A stretch of 64,000 bases of DNA from positions 928,001 through 992,000 of the forward strand of contig OY762721.1 in the NCBI GenBank assembly GCA_963666345.1, given 5' to 3'. The translations under genes were made by a program, and so were the position numbers. The stretch's first letter is position 1. Each line of letters begins with the position of its first letter. Below, piece by piece: positions 8,421 through 18,619 of this stretch. This DNA is from Desulfatiglandales bacterium. Lineage in GTDB: Bacteria > Desulfobacterota > DSM-4660 > Desulfatiglandales > Desulfatiglandaceae. A model generated the notes under the pieces. It was given only the letters and a program-made list of their open reading frames with translations, did not search any database and was not told where the DNA came from.

Positions 8421-9925
8421 ACCATTTTCTCCTTTGCCTTCCTGTATGACCTTATTTCTCCGTAGATGCTGTATCCTATCGAGGCGGCGCACAGCACGAT
8501 TATAACGACATTCATGGTGCCGGTGAAAAAATATGAAAATGCGCCCACATCGGTATCGGCAATCAGTTTACCCTTAAGGAAATTATCTTCGGCAATCGGA
8601 CCGAGTATGATTCCCAGCACAACCGGCGCCGCTGAAAAACCGAACTTGTTTCCGATATACATCAGTGTCCCCAGGCTGAACATGACTATAACGTCATCAA
8701 AGCTGTTCTGAACACTGTAGGTCCCGTAGACGGCAAGGACCGTAACCGCAGCGATCATATAGAGATTCGGAACGCTCATTACCATGTAGGAGTACCTTGA
8801 AAGAATAATCCCGAAAACGCACATGGCGACCTGAGCCAGTATAAGGCTGCCGATAAAGGTGTAGGTAACATCCGCGTTATTTATAAACAGATCAGGTCCG
8901 GGAAAAAGCCCATGGATGAGAAGCCCTCCCAACAGAACGGCCGCGGTAGGACTTCCAGGTATGCTCAGGGTAAGAAGGGGTATAAGAGAGGGGCCTACCA
9001 TCGCATTATTGGCCGACTCCGCCGCTGCAACCCCTTCCGGGTTTCCTTTGCCGAAAGATTCCGGCTTCTTTGAAAATTTCCTGTTCTGATCATAGGCGAT
9101 CAGACCTGAAACCTGACCGCCCGCGCCCGGGATGATACCGATTATAGAGCCCGTTACAGAACCTATACCGAGGGCTTTTACCATCTTGATATTCTGTATT
9201 AAGGTCTTTAAAAGTATACCCTTTTCAGGCTTGTAATTCGGCCTCTCAATTTGCACGTCCAGTTTTTCCGACAGGGAAAACACCTGGGGAATAGCAAAAA
9301 GCCCTATAAGTGCGGGCACGATCGCCACCCCTCCGGTAAGCACATCATGAAAGACAAAACGGGGGACCCCCAGCATCATGCTGTAGCCTATCGTACTGAT
9401 CAAAAGCCCGAACATTCCCCCGATGAGCCCCTTGGCAATCGATCCTGAAGCAAGCCCCGCCATTACCGTGACACCGAAGATGGCTATCCAGAACATCTCG
9501 GAAGGACCAAACTTGAGTGCTATCTTGGCCAGGGGCGGGGTAAAGAGCACCATCACGAGCATGCCGAAAAGCCCGCCTATCAGGGAACTTATAAAGCATA
9601 TGTAAAGGGCTGTCTGGGACTTGCCCTGCAGGGCCATTGGATGGCCGTCCAGCAGGGTTGCGATATTTGCCGGCGCCCCGGGGATATTTATGAGAATAGC
9701 CGAGATCGCCCCACCCGCCACTGTTGCCGTGTATACGGCACCCAGCAGGATAAGACCCGTCGCCGGCTGCATGTGAAAGGTGAAGGGTACCAGGAGAGCC
9801 ACAGCCATGGTGGGACTCAGGCCGGGCGTGGCTCCGAGGATCAGTCCTCCGATCACACCCATGATAAGGGTTATAAGATTGGTTAAGGTAAGTGCCTCGG
9901 GAAAATACTGTATAAGTTCTGCCAT
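8417..9925 (-). CDS. tctA: Tripartite tricarboxylate transporter large permease (TctA)
   Basis: GATPGLSPTMAVALLVP, AILINIPGAPANIAT.LDGHPMA, GVAAAESANNA, LTLSIPGS. Confidence 0.92.
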   Translation of the reverse strand: MAELIQYFPEALTLTNLITLIMGVIGGLILGATPGLSPTMAVALLVPFTFHMQPATGLILLGAVYTATVAGGAISAILINIPGAPANIATLLDGHPMALQGKSQTALYICFISSLIGGLFGMLVMVLFTPPLAKIALKFGPSEMFWIAIFGVTVMAGLASGSIAKGLIGGMFGLLISTIGYSMMLGVPRFVFHDVLTGGVAIVPALIGLFAIPQVFSLSEKLDVQIERPNYKPEKGILLKTLIQNIKMVKALGIGSVTGSIIGIIPGAGGQVSGLIAYDQNRKFSKKPESFGKGNPEGVAAAESANNAMVGPSLIPLLTLSIPGSPTAAVLLGGLLIHGLFPGPDLFINNADVTYTFIGSLILAQVAMCVFGIILSRYSYMVMSVPNLYMIAAVTVLAVYGTYSVQNSFDDVIVMFSLGTLMYIGNKFGFSAAPVVLGIILGPIAEDNFLKGKLIADTDVGAFSYFFTGTMNVVIIVLCAASIGYSIYGEIRSYRKAKEKMV

Positions 9926-10031
9926 AAAACAACTCTCATCCTGGATACTATGTTATGAGTTAAAATCATGATACAGCAGTCAGTGCGTCAAGGGTTGCGA
10001 CAATAATGCCTTAGGGCCGAATGTCACGGTA

Positions 10032-11573
10032 CTAACTCAACGCTTGTCCATTTTTTTTGACAATCTCCGGTAGCTTGAGGCGTTGAATCTTTCCCGAAGG
10101 GCCTTTGGGAAGTTCATCCATAATAACTATGAGCCTGGGTGTTTTGAAATCGCCCAGGTGCTTCTGACAATGAAGCCTTAGATCTTCCTCCGTAGTGCTT
10201 GAGCAGTCCGGCTTCAAAACAATGCAGGCCATTATCTCCTCGCCGTAGGCATCGTCCGGGATTCCCACGGCAGCCGCATCAAGCACGGAGGGATGCCTGT
10301 ACAGGGCATCATCTATCTCCCTTGGTGCTATGTTTTCACCTCCTTTTATTATGAGTTCCTTTATACGGCCCGTAACAAACACGAAACCGTCTTCATCCAT
10401 GTGACCTATATCTCCCGTGTGAAGCCATCCATCAGGCTCAAGGGCCTCTCTGGTCTTATCGGGAGACTTGTAATACCCCTTCATGACGTTGTCGCCTTTG
10501 ATCATAATCTCGCCGGGCGTATTTCTGGGGACCTCTTTACCTTCCTTGTTTACGATCTTGGCTATATTTCCCACTGCCTGACCGGGGGAGCCATATTTCA
10601 TTTTCGCCGGATCAAGGGGGTTTGAAAACACCGGGGCCGCCGTTTCCGTAAGCCCCATGGTTTCAACAATGGAGACGTTGAATTTTTTTTCGAACTCCTT
10701 ATGAAGCGAAGGTGGCAGCGCCGAGGAGGCGGAGCGCCCAAAACGAAGCTGAGCCAGGTTGTAGCCCTTTCCCTCTACCTCGGTGCCGCTCGTCAGATAC
10801 GAAATAATGGTAGGCACTACACTGAACCAGGTACATCGGTACTCTGAAATAAGTTCCCAGAAATTTGACGCACTGAACCTATGAGGCATAACAACGCTTC
10901 CCCCGCTTACAAGCGGAGTTACGGCCGTTACAACCTCGCCGTTGATATGATAGAGGGGAAGTGAGCAAAGCGCCCTGTCTGCAGGTGTAATCTCGTGGGC
11001 CATTGCCGTGTACTGACCCCCGGCAACCATATTTTTATGAGAAAGGATGACGCCCTTGGGAACACCGGTTGTGCCGGATGTGTATAGCATAAGCGCGTCA
11101 TCGTCTTCGCTAATCTCAGGTAATGTAAATGAAGAGAGGTCATCTCCCTCAGGGAAAATGACCTCTGAATCGTTGTCTATCTGAATCGTTTTTATATCAC
11201 GATTCACTTTCTTCAATGATGCCTCAAGCCTTTCTCTCTGATCTTCGGTGAAAAAGACCAGCCTCGTATCGGAGTGATCCAATACATATTCCAGCTGCGA
11301 AGGCTGGGCCAGAAGGTTTAGAGGCGCAATGACAAAACCTGAGTACATGGCGCCCAAAAATATCTTTGCAGTCTGATATCCGTTGGATAACATGAAAGAT
11401 ACCTTGTCGCCCTTTTCAAGGCCCAGCTTCATGAGCTGTTTACCTAAGGTTGCCGAATCTTTCTTCAACCGCCCGTATGTCAATTCCAGGCCAGGTTCAG
11501 GGGCGATCATAAAAATTTTATCAGGTTCCGCTTCAGCTCTATGGTCGATATAGTATCTTATGGTACGCATCAC
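10032..11573 (-). CDS. AMP-forming acyl-CoA ligase, most reminiscent of sulfoacetate-CoA ligase SauT
   Basis: LYTSGTTGVPKGV, LPLYHING, RSASSALPP, ETMGLTETAAPVFSNPLDP, GGENIAPREID, PKGPSGKIQR. The SauT resemblance is from recall of the family and was not searched. Confidence 0.8.
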   Translation of the reverse strand: MMRTIRYYIDHRAEAEPDKIFMIAPEPGLELTYGRLKKDSATLGKQLMKLGLEKGDKVSFMLSNGYQTAKIFLGAMYSGFVIAPLNLLAQPSQLEYVLDHSDTRLVFFTEDQRERLEASLKKVNRDIKTIQIDNDSEVIFPEGDDLSSFTLPEISEDDDALMLYTSGTTGVPKGVILSHKNMVAGGQYTAMAHEITPADRALCSLPLYHINGEVVTAVTPLVSGGSVVMPHRFSASNFWELISEYRCTWFSVVPTIISYLTSGTEVEGKGYNLAQLRFGRSASSALPPSLHKEFEKKFNVSIVETMGLTETAAPVFSNPLDPAKMKYGSPGQAVGNIAKIVNKEGKEVPRNTPGEIMIKGDNVMKGYYKSPDKTREALEPDGWLHTGDIGHMDEDGFVFVTGRIKELIIKGGENIAPREIDDALYRHPSVLDAAAVGIPDDAYGEEIMACIVLKPDCSSTTEEDLRLHCQKHLGDFKTPRLIVIMDELPKGPSGKIQRLKLPEIVKKNGQALS

Positions 11574-11610
11574 GGTCGCTCCCCCTCAATTATTTAAAGT
11601 TAGCAACTAA

Positions 11611-12147
11611 TTACGTGGCCTTATAACTAAACCCCACCTCGAATGCCTCTCTGTTTCTGTTGTGAAATTTGGGAATGATGGCAAGGGTGCTCTCAAGAAC
11701 CTTGTCCTTTTCAAGCCCTTCCACCAGGTTCGCCATAAAGCCTAAAACTATGGTATTGGCAAAAAGTGCATTGTCGAATTTTTCCATAGACAACTCCTTT
11801 GCCGGAAATGAAATCTGTTTGCATTTCAGGCCTTCATCCACCTCATCCACAAAGGCGGGGTCATATATGATTACCCCTTCGTCAGGAACCGTATCCTTGA
11901 AACGTTTGTAGGCCGCGCTTGAAAGGGCGATAAAAAAGTCAGGAGCTTCACACATGGGACTGTCTATGATCTTTTCGGAAAGCACCACCTGACTCCTGAC
12001 ATAGCCTCCGCGCATTTCCGTTCCATGACTCTTGAGCATGGCCACATGGAGGCCCTGCTTCACTCCTGTCTCACCTATGATCTGGCCGAGCCTCACCACA
12101 CCCTGGCCGCCAAACCCGCTAGCAACGATTTCGACTCGATCTTTCAT
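11611..12147 (-). CDS. 2-oxoacid:ferredoxin oxidoreductase gamma subunit
   Basis: SGFGGQGVV, HGTEMRGGYVRSQV, NREAFEVG. Confidence 0.9.
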   Translation of the reverse strand: MKDRVEIVASGFGGQGVVRLGQIIGETGVKQGLHVAMLKSHGTEMRGGYVRSQVVLSEKIIDSPMCEAPDFFIALSSAAYKRFKDTVPDEGVIIYDPAFVDEVDEGLKCKQISFPAKELSMEKFDNALFANTIVLGFMANLVEGLEKDKVLESTLAIIPKFHNRNREAFEVGFSYKAT

Positions 12148-12992
12148 AATCTTCCCGTCCTCCTAATTTTCTCGACTGTGTCATGGACAAATTCATGGAA
12201 TTCAGGCCTTGAGTTGCTCTTATCATGCCAGATACCGCAGGCCCAGAAGGTATTCTCCTTTTCCTGGCCGAGAGGTGCGGCATGATCCTTGATCCAACGA
12301 TAGATATTCACCTGATTCCTGGAACCCAACTCCCTTGAGGCAAAGTTTGTAGGACAGGGATACGGCATATGCACAAGGGAAAACCCCTTGTTCTCGATTG
12401 CCTTTTTGACCGTCTCAACGGCCCATGCGCCGTCCATAGCCACATGACGTGCGAGAAAGGTTGCACCCGCCCCCTTGAGTATCTCCAGCACATCCATCCC
12501 CTCACTCATCAGATTGTGCTCAAACATCCCATAGGGGCTGCTGTCGGTATGGCTCCCCTGAGGCGTGGTCCATCCGTACTGGCCGCCGGTGGACTGATAG
12601 CCCAGATTATCATTGACTATAACGGTCATGTCGGCGTTCGATCTGGCAGCGTGAATCAGATGCATCAGCCCTATTCCAAAGGCATCTCCATCCCCGACCG
12701 TAAGTATTATCTTCTTTTCAGGCGGCAGCGCTATCCGCAACCCCCTTGCTATTGCGTAGGCCCTGCCGTGAGTTCCGGCAAAACCGTCTCCCAGCCATGT
12801 AGCAAAAGTTTGGCGCCCTGCGCATCCTATTGAGGTACCCCAAATCACGTCAGCCACTTCCAGCCCCAGCTCATTTACGGCGGTTACGACTATCTTGTGG
12901 TTCATACCTAATCCACAACCGGAACAGGCGGTACTGGGGATCTTTCTGGTACGCAGATATTTTGATATTAACTCTGATGATCTATATTCCAT
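12144..12992 (-). CDS. 2-oxoacid:ferredoxin oxidoreductase beta subunit (TPP-binding)
   Basis: CSGCG, SIGCAGR, GTHGRA, GDGDAFGIG, TGGQ, CPT; coupled to the alpha and gamma genes. Confidence 0.9.
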   Translation of the reverse strand: MEYRSSELISKYLRTRKIPSTACSGCGLGMNHKIVVTAVNELGLEVADVIWGTSIGCAGRQTFATWLGDGFAGTHGRAYAIARGLRIALPPEKKIILTVGDGDAFGIGLMHLIHAARSNADMTVIVNDNLGYQSTGGQYGWTTPQGSHTDSSPYGMFEHNLMSEGMDVLEILKGAGATFLARHVAMDGAWAVETVKKAIENKGFSLVHMPYPCPTNFASRELGSRNQVNIYRWIKDHAAPLGQEKENTFWACGIWHDKSNSRPEFHEFVHDTVEKIRRTGRL

Positions 12993-14167
12993 TACCATGC
13001 CTCCAATACCCAGCCCTTGCGTGTAAGGGGTTCGTTTTTAAGTATCTTTTCATATGTCTCAATGAGATCAGGGGTAGTCGGTAAATCCCCGCAGGTACCA
13101 AGGAATCTTATTTCCGAATCCTTGGGAGCCGCTCTCTGGACCTCACGCACCAGCTCACCGTCCCAGTTGAGCTCCACGGACAGATATTTGGCCTTCCTGG
13201 AAAAAAGCTCGTCCGGGAACGGCCAGATATTGATAAGACGGAGCGAACCCACTTTGAGTCCTTGCGACCTGGCCTTTTCCACGGAGGTATTTACAACCCT
13301 TGAAGGACTGCCGTAAGAAACAACAACCAGATCGGGATCATCATCCATAAATTTTTTCTCATAGTGGTGGTTGAATAGGTCCCTGTTGTTCCTGACCTTG
13401 TAGATGAGCCTGTAGGCATGCTTGTGGTGTGCATCCACCTCCTCGATATCATATCCTTCTACCGTCGGAGTCCAGTCCGAGCAGATCGCTCCCGTGTTGT
13501 GCCCCAACACGACAGGCGGGATATCCAGTTCATCGGTAAAGGGATAGAATTCCGGCCCCTGACAGACCTTTCTGGGCCAGATCCTGAATCCCATCTCGTT
13601 CATTTCATCTTCTGTCTCAGGCACACTTATATCCTCGAAACCGTCTGTTATAAGCTGGTCGGCAAGCACCATCACCGGCATACGGAATCTCTCTGAGAGA
13701 TAAAATGCCTCAACCACCATCTTCATGCATTCCTGCGCGCTGTTCGGTGCAAGACATATGGTCTCGAAATTCCCGCCCTGCGTGGGATACCTCATAAGAT
13801 AAAATTCACCCTGGCCGGGTGCTCCGGTAATACCGCTCACAGGACCGACACGCCCCGAATTAAGCACGACCAGAGGTGTCTCACATCCTAAGGCCCAGCC
13901 GAGCGGGTCCGCGTAAAGGATATAGCCTGGTCCTGAAGTTGCGGTCATGGCCTTGTAACCTCCCAGTGAGGCCCCCACGCACATATGGCAGGCCGCGCAC
14001 TCATCCTCGGCCTGCAGATATACGCCTCCCACCTGGGGCAACCTTAGACTCATAGCCTCGGCAAGCTCCGTTGCAGGCGTAATAGGATAACCTGAAAAGA
14101 ACCTGCACCCTGCTATGATGGCCCCCTCGGTTATTGCAAAATTTCCTGTTTCAAGATACCTTTTCAT
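12992..14167 (-). CDS. 2-oxoacid:ferredoxin oxidoreductase alpha subunit
   Basis: GNFAITEGAIIAGCRFFSGYPITPATE, QAEDE, MTATSGPG. Confidence 0.92.
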   Translation of the reverse strand: MKRYLETGNFAITEGAIIAGCRFFSGYPITPATELAEAMSLRLPQVGGVYLQAEDECAACHMCVGASLGGYKAMTATSGPGYILYADPLGWALGCETPLVVLNSGRVGPVSGITGAPGQGEFYLMRYPTQGGNFETICLAPNSAQECMKMVVEAFYLSERFRMPVMVLADQLITDGFEDISVPETEDEMNEMGFRIWPRKVCQGPEFYPFTDELDIPPVVLGHNTGAICSDWTPTVEGYDIEEVDAHHKHAYRLIYKVRNNRDLFNHHYEKKFMDDDPDLVVVSYGSPSRVVNTSVEKARSQGLKVGSLRLINIWPFPDELFSRKAKYLSVELNWDGELVREVQRAAPKDSEIRFLGTCGDLPTTPDLIETYEKILKNEPLTRKGWVLEAW

Positions 14168-14186
14168 ATCAGAAACCTCCTCTGTT

Positions 14187-15836
14187 TCATGCGGTTACAT
14201 CGATAACGTCAATGGCGAAATCAGGGCAGGAGAAATAACATTTAAAGCACCCGACACACCAGTCTGAGGACTTGACCTCGTTCGGCCTGTAGCCTTTTGC
14301 GTTAAAAAAGTCGGCAGGGCCGAAGGTCTCAACTCCGCAGACCTCGGAACAGTAACCGCATTCCTTGCAGTATTCGGTGTTGAGCACAACCTGGAATTTT
14401 CTGGCATCACAATTGAGGCATCTGCCCGCCTCTGCTTCTATCTGTTCATCTGTAAAACCACATTCGACCTGATCAAAACCGGAAGTACGCTCCCATGGTC
14501 TGAGAAGCTTCATCTCGTTTCTGGGCCTTATATCCAGGACGAATTCCTCGAGCATCACCTTGTCTTCCGGGGCGGCAAGGATTTCGGCAATTTCACCATC
14601 ACCGCCAAGGTAGCTGTCGATGGCGGAGGCCGCCTTTCTGCCGTGAGCTATGGCGTTTATTATGGAATCCGGCCCTGTAACGACATCGCCGCCGGCAAAC
14701 ACGCCCTTTTCACCTGTAGAGAGATCCTGCTCATTTGCCTTGACCCTGTTTCCGCTTGTATCGACCTGTTTTTCCCCTTTCAGGTATGTCAGGTCGGAAA
14801 CCTGACCGACAGCCAGTATGACATTCCCGGCATCCACCTTTTCAGAGATCTCTTCATCGTAGGTCGGATTAAAGTTACATGCATTGTCGAATACGGATGT
14901 GCATTTTATCAGACCTAAGCCTGTGACTTCGTCATCACCCAGTATCTTTTTGGGGGCCCATGAATTGTTGATACTAACCCCTTCTTCTTCTGCACGCGCT
15001 ATTTCCCACTCATGAGCGGGCATCTCTTCCCGTGACTCCAGACAGAACAGGTACACGTTTTTCGCACCAAGCCTCTTTGCCGTCAGAGCCACGTCGATGG
15101 CCACGTTACCGCCGCCTACTACAACCACATCCCCCTCAAAGGAAATATCTTTTTCAAGCCCTATGTCAGAGAGGAAATCCCATCCCCATAGGACCCCTTT
15201 TTTGTCGGAGCCCTCAAGAGGTATTTTTATGCTGCCGCTGGCACCGCTCGCCAGGAATGTGGCGTCATATTCCTTTTTGAGCTGCTCCATACCGACATCC
15301 TTACCCACTGTAGTGTTTCCCTTGAAAGCCACTCCGAGCTCGAATATGTCGTTGATATCCTTGTCCAGTCTTTCCTCAGGCAGCCTGTAATTGGGGATAC
15401 CGTAACGCATGGCCCCACCCGGTTTGGGAAACGAATCAAATATCGTAACTTCATGCCCCTTGGTCGCAAGGTAATATGCGGATGTAAGACCGGCCGGGCC
15501 GGACCCGACAACAGCAACTTTTTTCCCCGTTTTTTCAGCAATCTTTTTATTTTTCTTCCAGCCGTCCCCTCCTTTGTCAACAGCCGCCCTCTTTATCGCG
15601 CGAATAGCTATCGAGTCTCCGAACTGTTTGTAAGCACACACCTCTTCGCAGGGAGCAAAACAGGCATCGGCACAAACAGTTGGGAGAGGGAGCTTTTCGC
15701 GCAGCACAGCCACTGCGTCATCATACCGTTTGTCTTTAACAGCACGGATGTACCTTGGCACGTCCACGCCTGCGGGACATGCTTCTGTACAACGTGGAAC
15801 GATAAATTTTTTTCTTTCAACATGTACTACGCCCAT
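14187..15836 (-). CDS. GltD/NfnB-like FAD- and NAD(P)-binding Fe-S oxidoreductase fused to a C-terminal 2x[4Fe-4S] ferredoxin (OFOR delta-like)
   Basis: CTEACPAG, VCADACFAPCE, VVGSGPAG, YGIPNYRLP, VVGGGNVAIDVA, FAGGD, EAGRCLNCD, then CKECGYCSEVC and CVGCFKCYFSCPDFAI. Confidence 0.88.
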   Translation of the reverse strand: MGVVHVERKKFIVPRCTEACPAGVDVPRYIRAVKDKRYDDAVAVLREKLPLPTVCADACFAPCEEVCAYKQFGDSIAIRAIKRAAVDKGGDGWKKNKKIAEKTGKKVAVVGSGPAGLTSAYYLATKGHEVTIFDSFPKPGGAMRYGIPNYRLPEERLDKDINDIFELGVAFKGNTTVGKDVGMEQLKKEYDATFLASGASGSIKIPLEGSDKKGVLWGWDFLSDIGLEKDISFEGDVVVVGGGNVAIDVALTAKRLGAKNVYLFCLESREEMPAHEWEIARAEEEGVSINNSWAPKKILGDDEVTGLGLIKCTSVFDNACNFNPTYDEEISEKVDAGNVILAVGQVSDLTYLKGEKQVDTSGNRVKANEQDLSTGEKGVFAGGDVVTGPDSIINAIAHGRKAASAIDSYLGGDGEIAEILAAPEDKVMLEEFVLDIRPRNEMKLLRPWERTSGFDQVECGFTDEQIEAEAGRCLNCDARKFQVVLNTEYCKECGYCSEVCGVETFGPADFFNAKGYRPNEVKSSDWCVGCFKCYFSCPDFAIDVIDVTA

Positions 15837-15921
15837 AATTTAATAATCCTCCTCATATTATTAGACAAACAGAACTCCCACACCTTACTGTCTACAAATT
15901 TCGAGATCCCGATTAAAAAAG

Positions 15922-15937
15922 AGCAAGAAAGATGCCA
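15922..15937 (-). promoter_or_regulatory. Sigma-54 (-24/-12) promoter of the OFOR/ligase/Tct operon
   Basis: Minus strand TGGCATCTTTCTTGCT, exact GG-N10-GC spacing, about 85 bp upstream of the ATG at 15836. Confidence 0.85.
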
Positions 15938-16086
15938 CAAAATTAAACAGCAATAAATAAAGCCTGCGGAAGCCACTATATGCTTAATATTACTATAAAA
16001 AGAAAATTGAAAAATTATTAGCCGGAAACATCTACGATATTTGTTTATCAAGTTTGGCCCATGACGGGTGTGCTGCCTGCCTTACA

Positions 16087-16104
16087 TGTCCGATATTGCG
16101 GACA
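16087..16104. promoter_or_regulatory. Candidate upstream activator sequence for the sigma-54 activator
   Basis: Perfect inverted repeat TGTCCG-N6-CGGACA about 150 bp upstream of the -24 box; near-copy TTTCCG-N6-CGGACA at 16432-16449. Confidence 0.6.
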
Positions 16105-16534
16105 CCTTTTTATCCATTGCAATAATTTATTTCAGGAAGAGAAGGGGTAAATAGAGATATGACCGATATAAACCAAGGGAAAGAGAAAAGGCAGATTCAG
16201 AGGCTTCCTGTAAAAATGTTCGGAACCGGGTCAGAAAACCATGTTGTTTATTGTAAAGTATCTTGACACAAAGTCAAATTCTCCGACATGAAAATGGGTC
16301 CGCATTGGAGCGCTTTACTACTTCCTCATAAAGGAACCAAGCATATAGGATCATCTTTTTTATAATAAAACCAACGTCTTTTCAAAGTTGGTCTCTATTC
16401 ATTACAACAAATTTATTATCCTCAAAGACCGTTTCCGGAATTTCGGACACATTTTAAACCTTTCTTTGGTCACTCAATCCGATTTTTTCCAGATTAGAAG
16501 GAACTTTTCTAAGAATCCACATTTGGCCGATCCA

Positions 16535-17998
16535 TCACAGATTATGTTTTTTACATTTTTCGTAAAGAGTTGAACGGGACAGTCCAAGGACTCTGGCGGT
16601 CCTGGCCATATTGCCCCCGGAAAATTTTATCGCCTGGGAAAGCAGTTCCTTCTCATATCTGTCCATTTCCCTTGAAAAAGGCTTTATTTTTTCAGACCTG
16701 GGTCTTTCAAATGTTCCCTTAAAACAGATTAGTTCCGGGGGAAGGTGCTCCGGCCCGATAACCTTTCCCTCTGCCAGACTCACCGCCCTTAAGACAACGT
16801 TTTTAAGCTCTCTTATATTACCGGGCCATGGGTATGCCTGCATGATCTTAAGGGCGTCCTCACTGAACCTGATACCAGGTCTTTCAATGGAGGAGAGGAA
16901 ATGCTCCACCAATTCAGGGATATCATCAGGTCTCTCGGAAAGAGAGGGTATCACGACACTCATGGTGTTCAACCGGTAGAACAGATCGTCCCTGAATTCT
17001 TTTCTGCTTATCATCTCCCTTAAATCCCTGTTGGTCGCAGCCACCAGCCTGAAATCGACCTTAACGGTCTTAAGGCCTCCCAGCTTTTCGATCTTTTTTG
17101 TTTCAAGGACCCTGAGCAATTTGGCCTGGGCGCTCAAAGGCAGGTCCCCTATCTCATCAAGGAACAGGGTTCCCCCGTGGGAAAGCTCTATCTTTCCCGC
17201 CTTGCCCTTCGGTCTTGCACCGGTAAAGGCACCGGTTTCATAGCCGAACAGTTCCGATTCAAGGAGTTCTCTTGGAATGGCGGCGCAGTTTACACAGACA
17301 AAGCTTCCGTTTCTTCTCCAACTTGCCTTATGTATGGCATGAGCAAAAAGCTCCTTTCCGCTGCCGGTTGCCCCTAGAACAAGGACTGAGGCATCTGTCT
17401 TGGCATACTTGGCAGCCATCTTTTTCGCCTCAACAAGCAGCCTGGTATTGCCTAAAATTGATTCGAAGCTGTACGTTGCCGAAAGAAGGCTGTCAAGGCC
17501 TCGTTTGTAATATTTCAACTCTCTTTCCAGCAGATTAAGCCTCTCCATCAGCTCGTTTATTTCGGTATGGTTCTTGAAGATGGTCTGAAGTACGACCCCC
17601 ACTGTCTCGTCCCCGCTCTTTATCGGTATTCGGTTGACAAGCAAGGCCACATTTGATCTCAGACTGCAGCGCTGCCCGATTTCCATTTTACCGCTTTCAA
17701 GAACCGACGGTATCCTGGAGGAGGGAAAATATTTCTTTATGTGTCTTCCGACCGCCTCGTTTTTATCCGTCCCTAGCAACTCTCCATAAAACCTGTTCAT
17801 GTAGAGGATCCTGGAATCGCTGTCGCATAGGATTATCCCTGAATAGACATTTTCCATTATCAACTCAAGGACTGAAGCGAAATCCTTCATACTTCCGTTA
17901 AGGCCGCCAGCCTTAAGCTCTATGGCAGGCTGAAACTGGAGACTGGATCGGCAGAAATTGATATCTGAAGATGTCCTGGAATTATCGACTGATGACAT
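16535..17998 (-). CDS. Sigma-54-dependent transcriptional activator (PAS, AAA+, Fis HTH)
   Basis: [54 protein letters not shown]. Confidence 0.95.
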   Translation of the reverse strand: MSSVDNSRTSSDINFCRSSLQFQPAIELKAGGLNGSMKDFASVLELIMENVYSGIILCDSDSRILYMNRFYGELLGTDKNEAVGRHIKKYFPSSRIPSVLESGKMEIGQRCSLRSNVALLVNRIPIKSGDETVGVVLQTIFKNHTEINELMERLNLLERELKYYKRGLDSLLSATYSFESILGNTRLLVEAKKMAAKYAKTDASVLVLGATGSGKELFAHAIHKASWRRNGSFVCVNCAAIPRELLESELFGYETGAFTGARPKGKAGKIELSHGGTLFLDEIGDLPLSAQAKLLRVLETKKIEKLGGLKTVKVDFRLVAATNRDLREMISRKEFRDDLFYRLNTMSVVIPSLSERPDDIPELVEHFLSSIERPGIRFSEDALKIMQAYPWPGNIRELKNVVLRAVSLAEGKVIGPEHLPPELICFKGTFERPRSEKIKPFSREMDRYEKELLSQAIKFSGGNMARTARVLGLSRSTLYEKCKKHNL

Positions 17999-18619
17999 AA
18001 GCTTGATATTCCCTCCTATTTTGAATCACCAGGGTAGGGGTTCAAAATATCTGAAACAGGGGCGGAAAATTCTCAATCGTAAAAGGGCAAGGATATCCTT
18101 CTTACCTATTTAAACATTAGTAAAATGCAATCACAGGTGTCAATTTAAAACAGGCGGGGCTTTATGGCCCGGGTATTCACCAACAGCCCTGTTTATCATC
18201 GTACAGGCGCAGGTACAGGGGCTTTTTCTTTGCTCCGCTACGCTACGCCCAGTCCCACTAATGCTCAGCGGGTTCCCGGTTTCTGCAGACATTGTCTCAC
18301 AAAAAAAAGCCGCTGGAAATTCCAGGGGACGGAGCGTACAGGCTGCAACGGCCGGGTGAATGCCTCATTGAGTTCACCCGCGGGCAAAGGCGAACAAATC
18401 CTTGAATGGGTTATTTTAAATCAACGACAGCAAAATTTACTTGACATAAGAATACTTATAGATTTATTTATCAGATATCAATTACCAAAAAAATTACAAT
18501 TCGTAAATCAACCAGCTGATATTTCTGGTTTTTTTATTGCCCCAGCTTATATCATTGGAGATATAAGAACACCATAGCTGGGTCCGATCCACCACGAATA
18601 TTATAATAGGAGGGATAAC

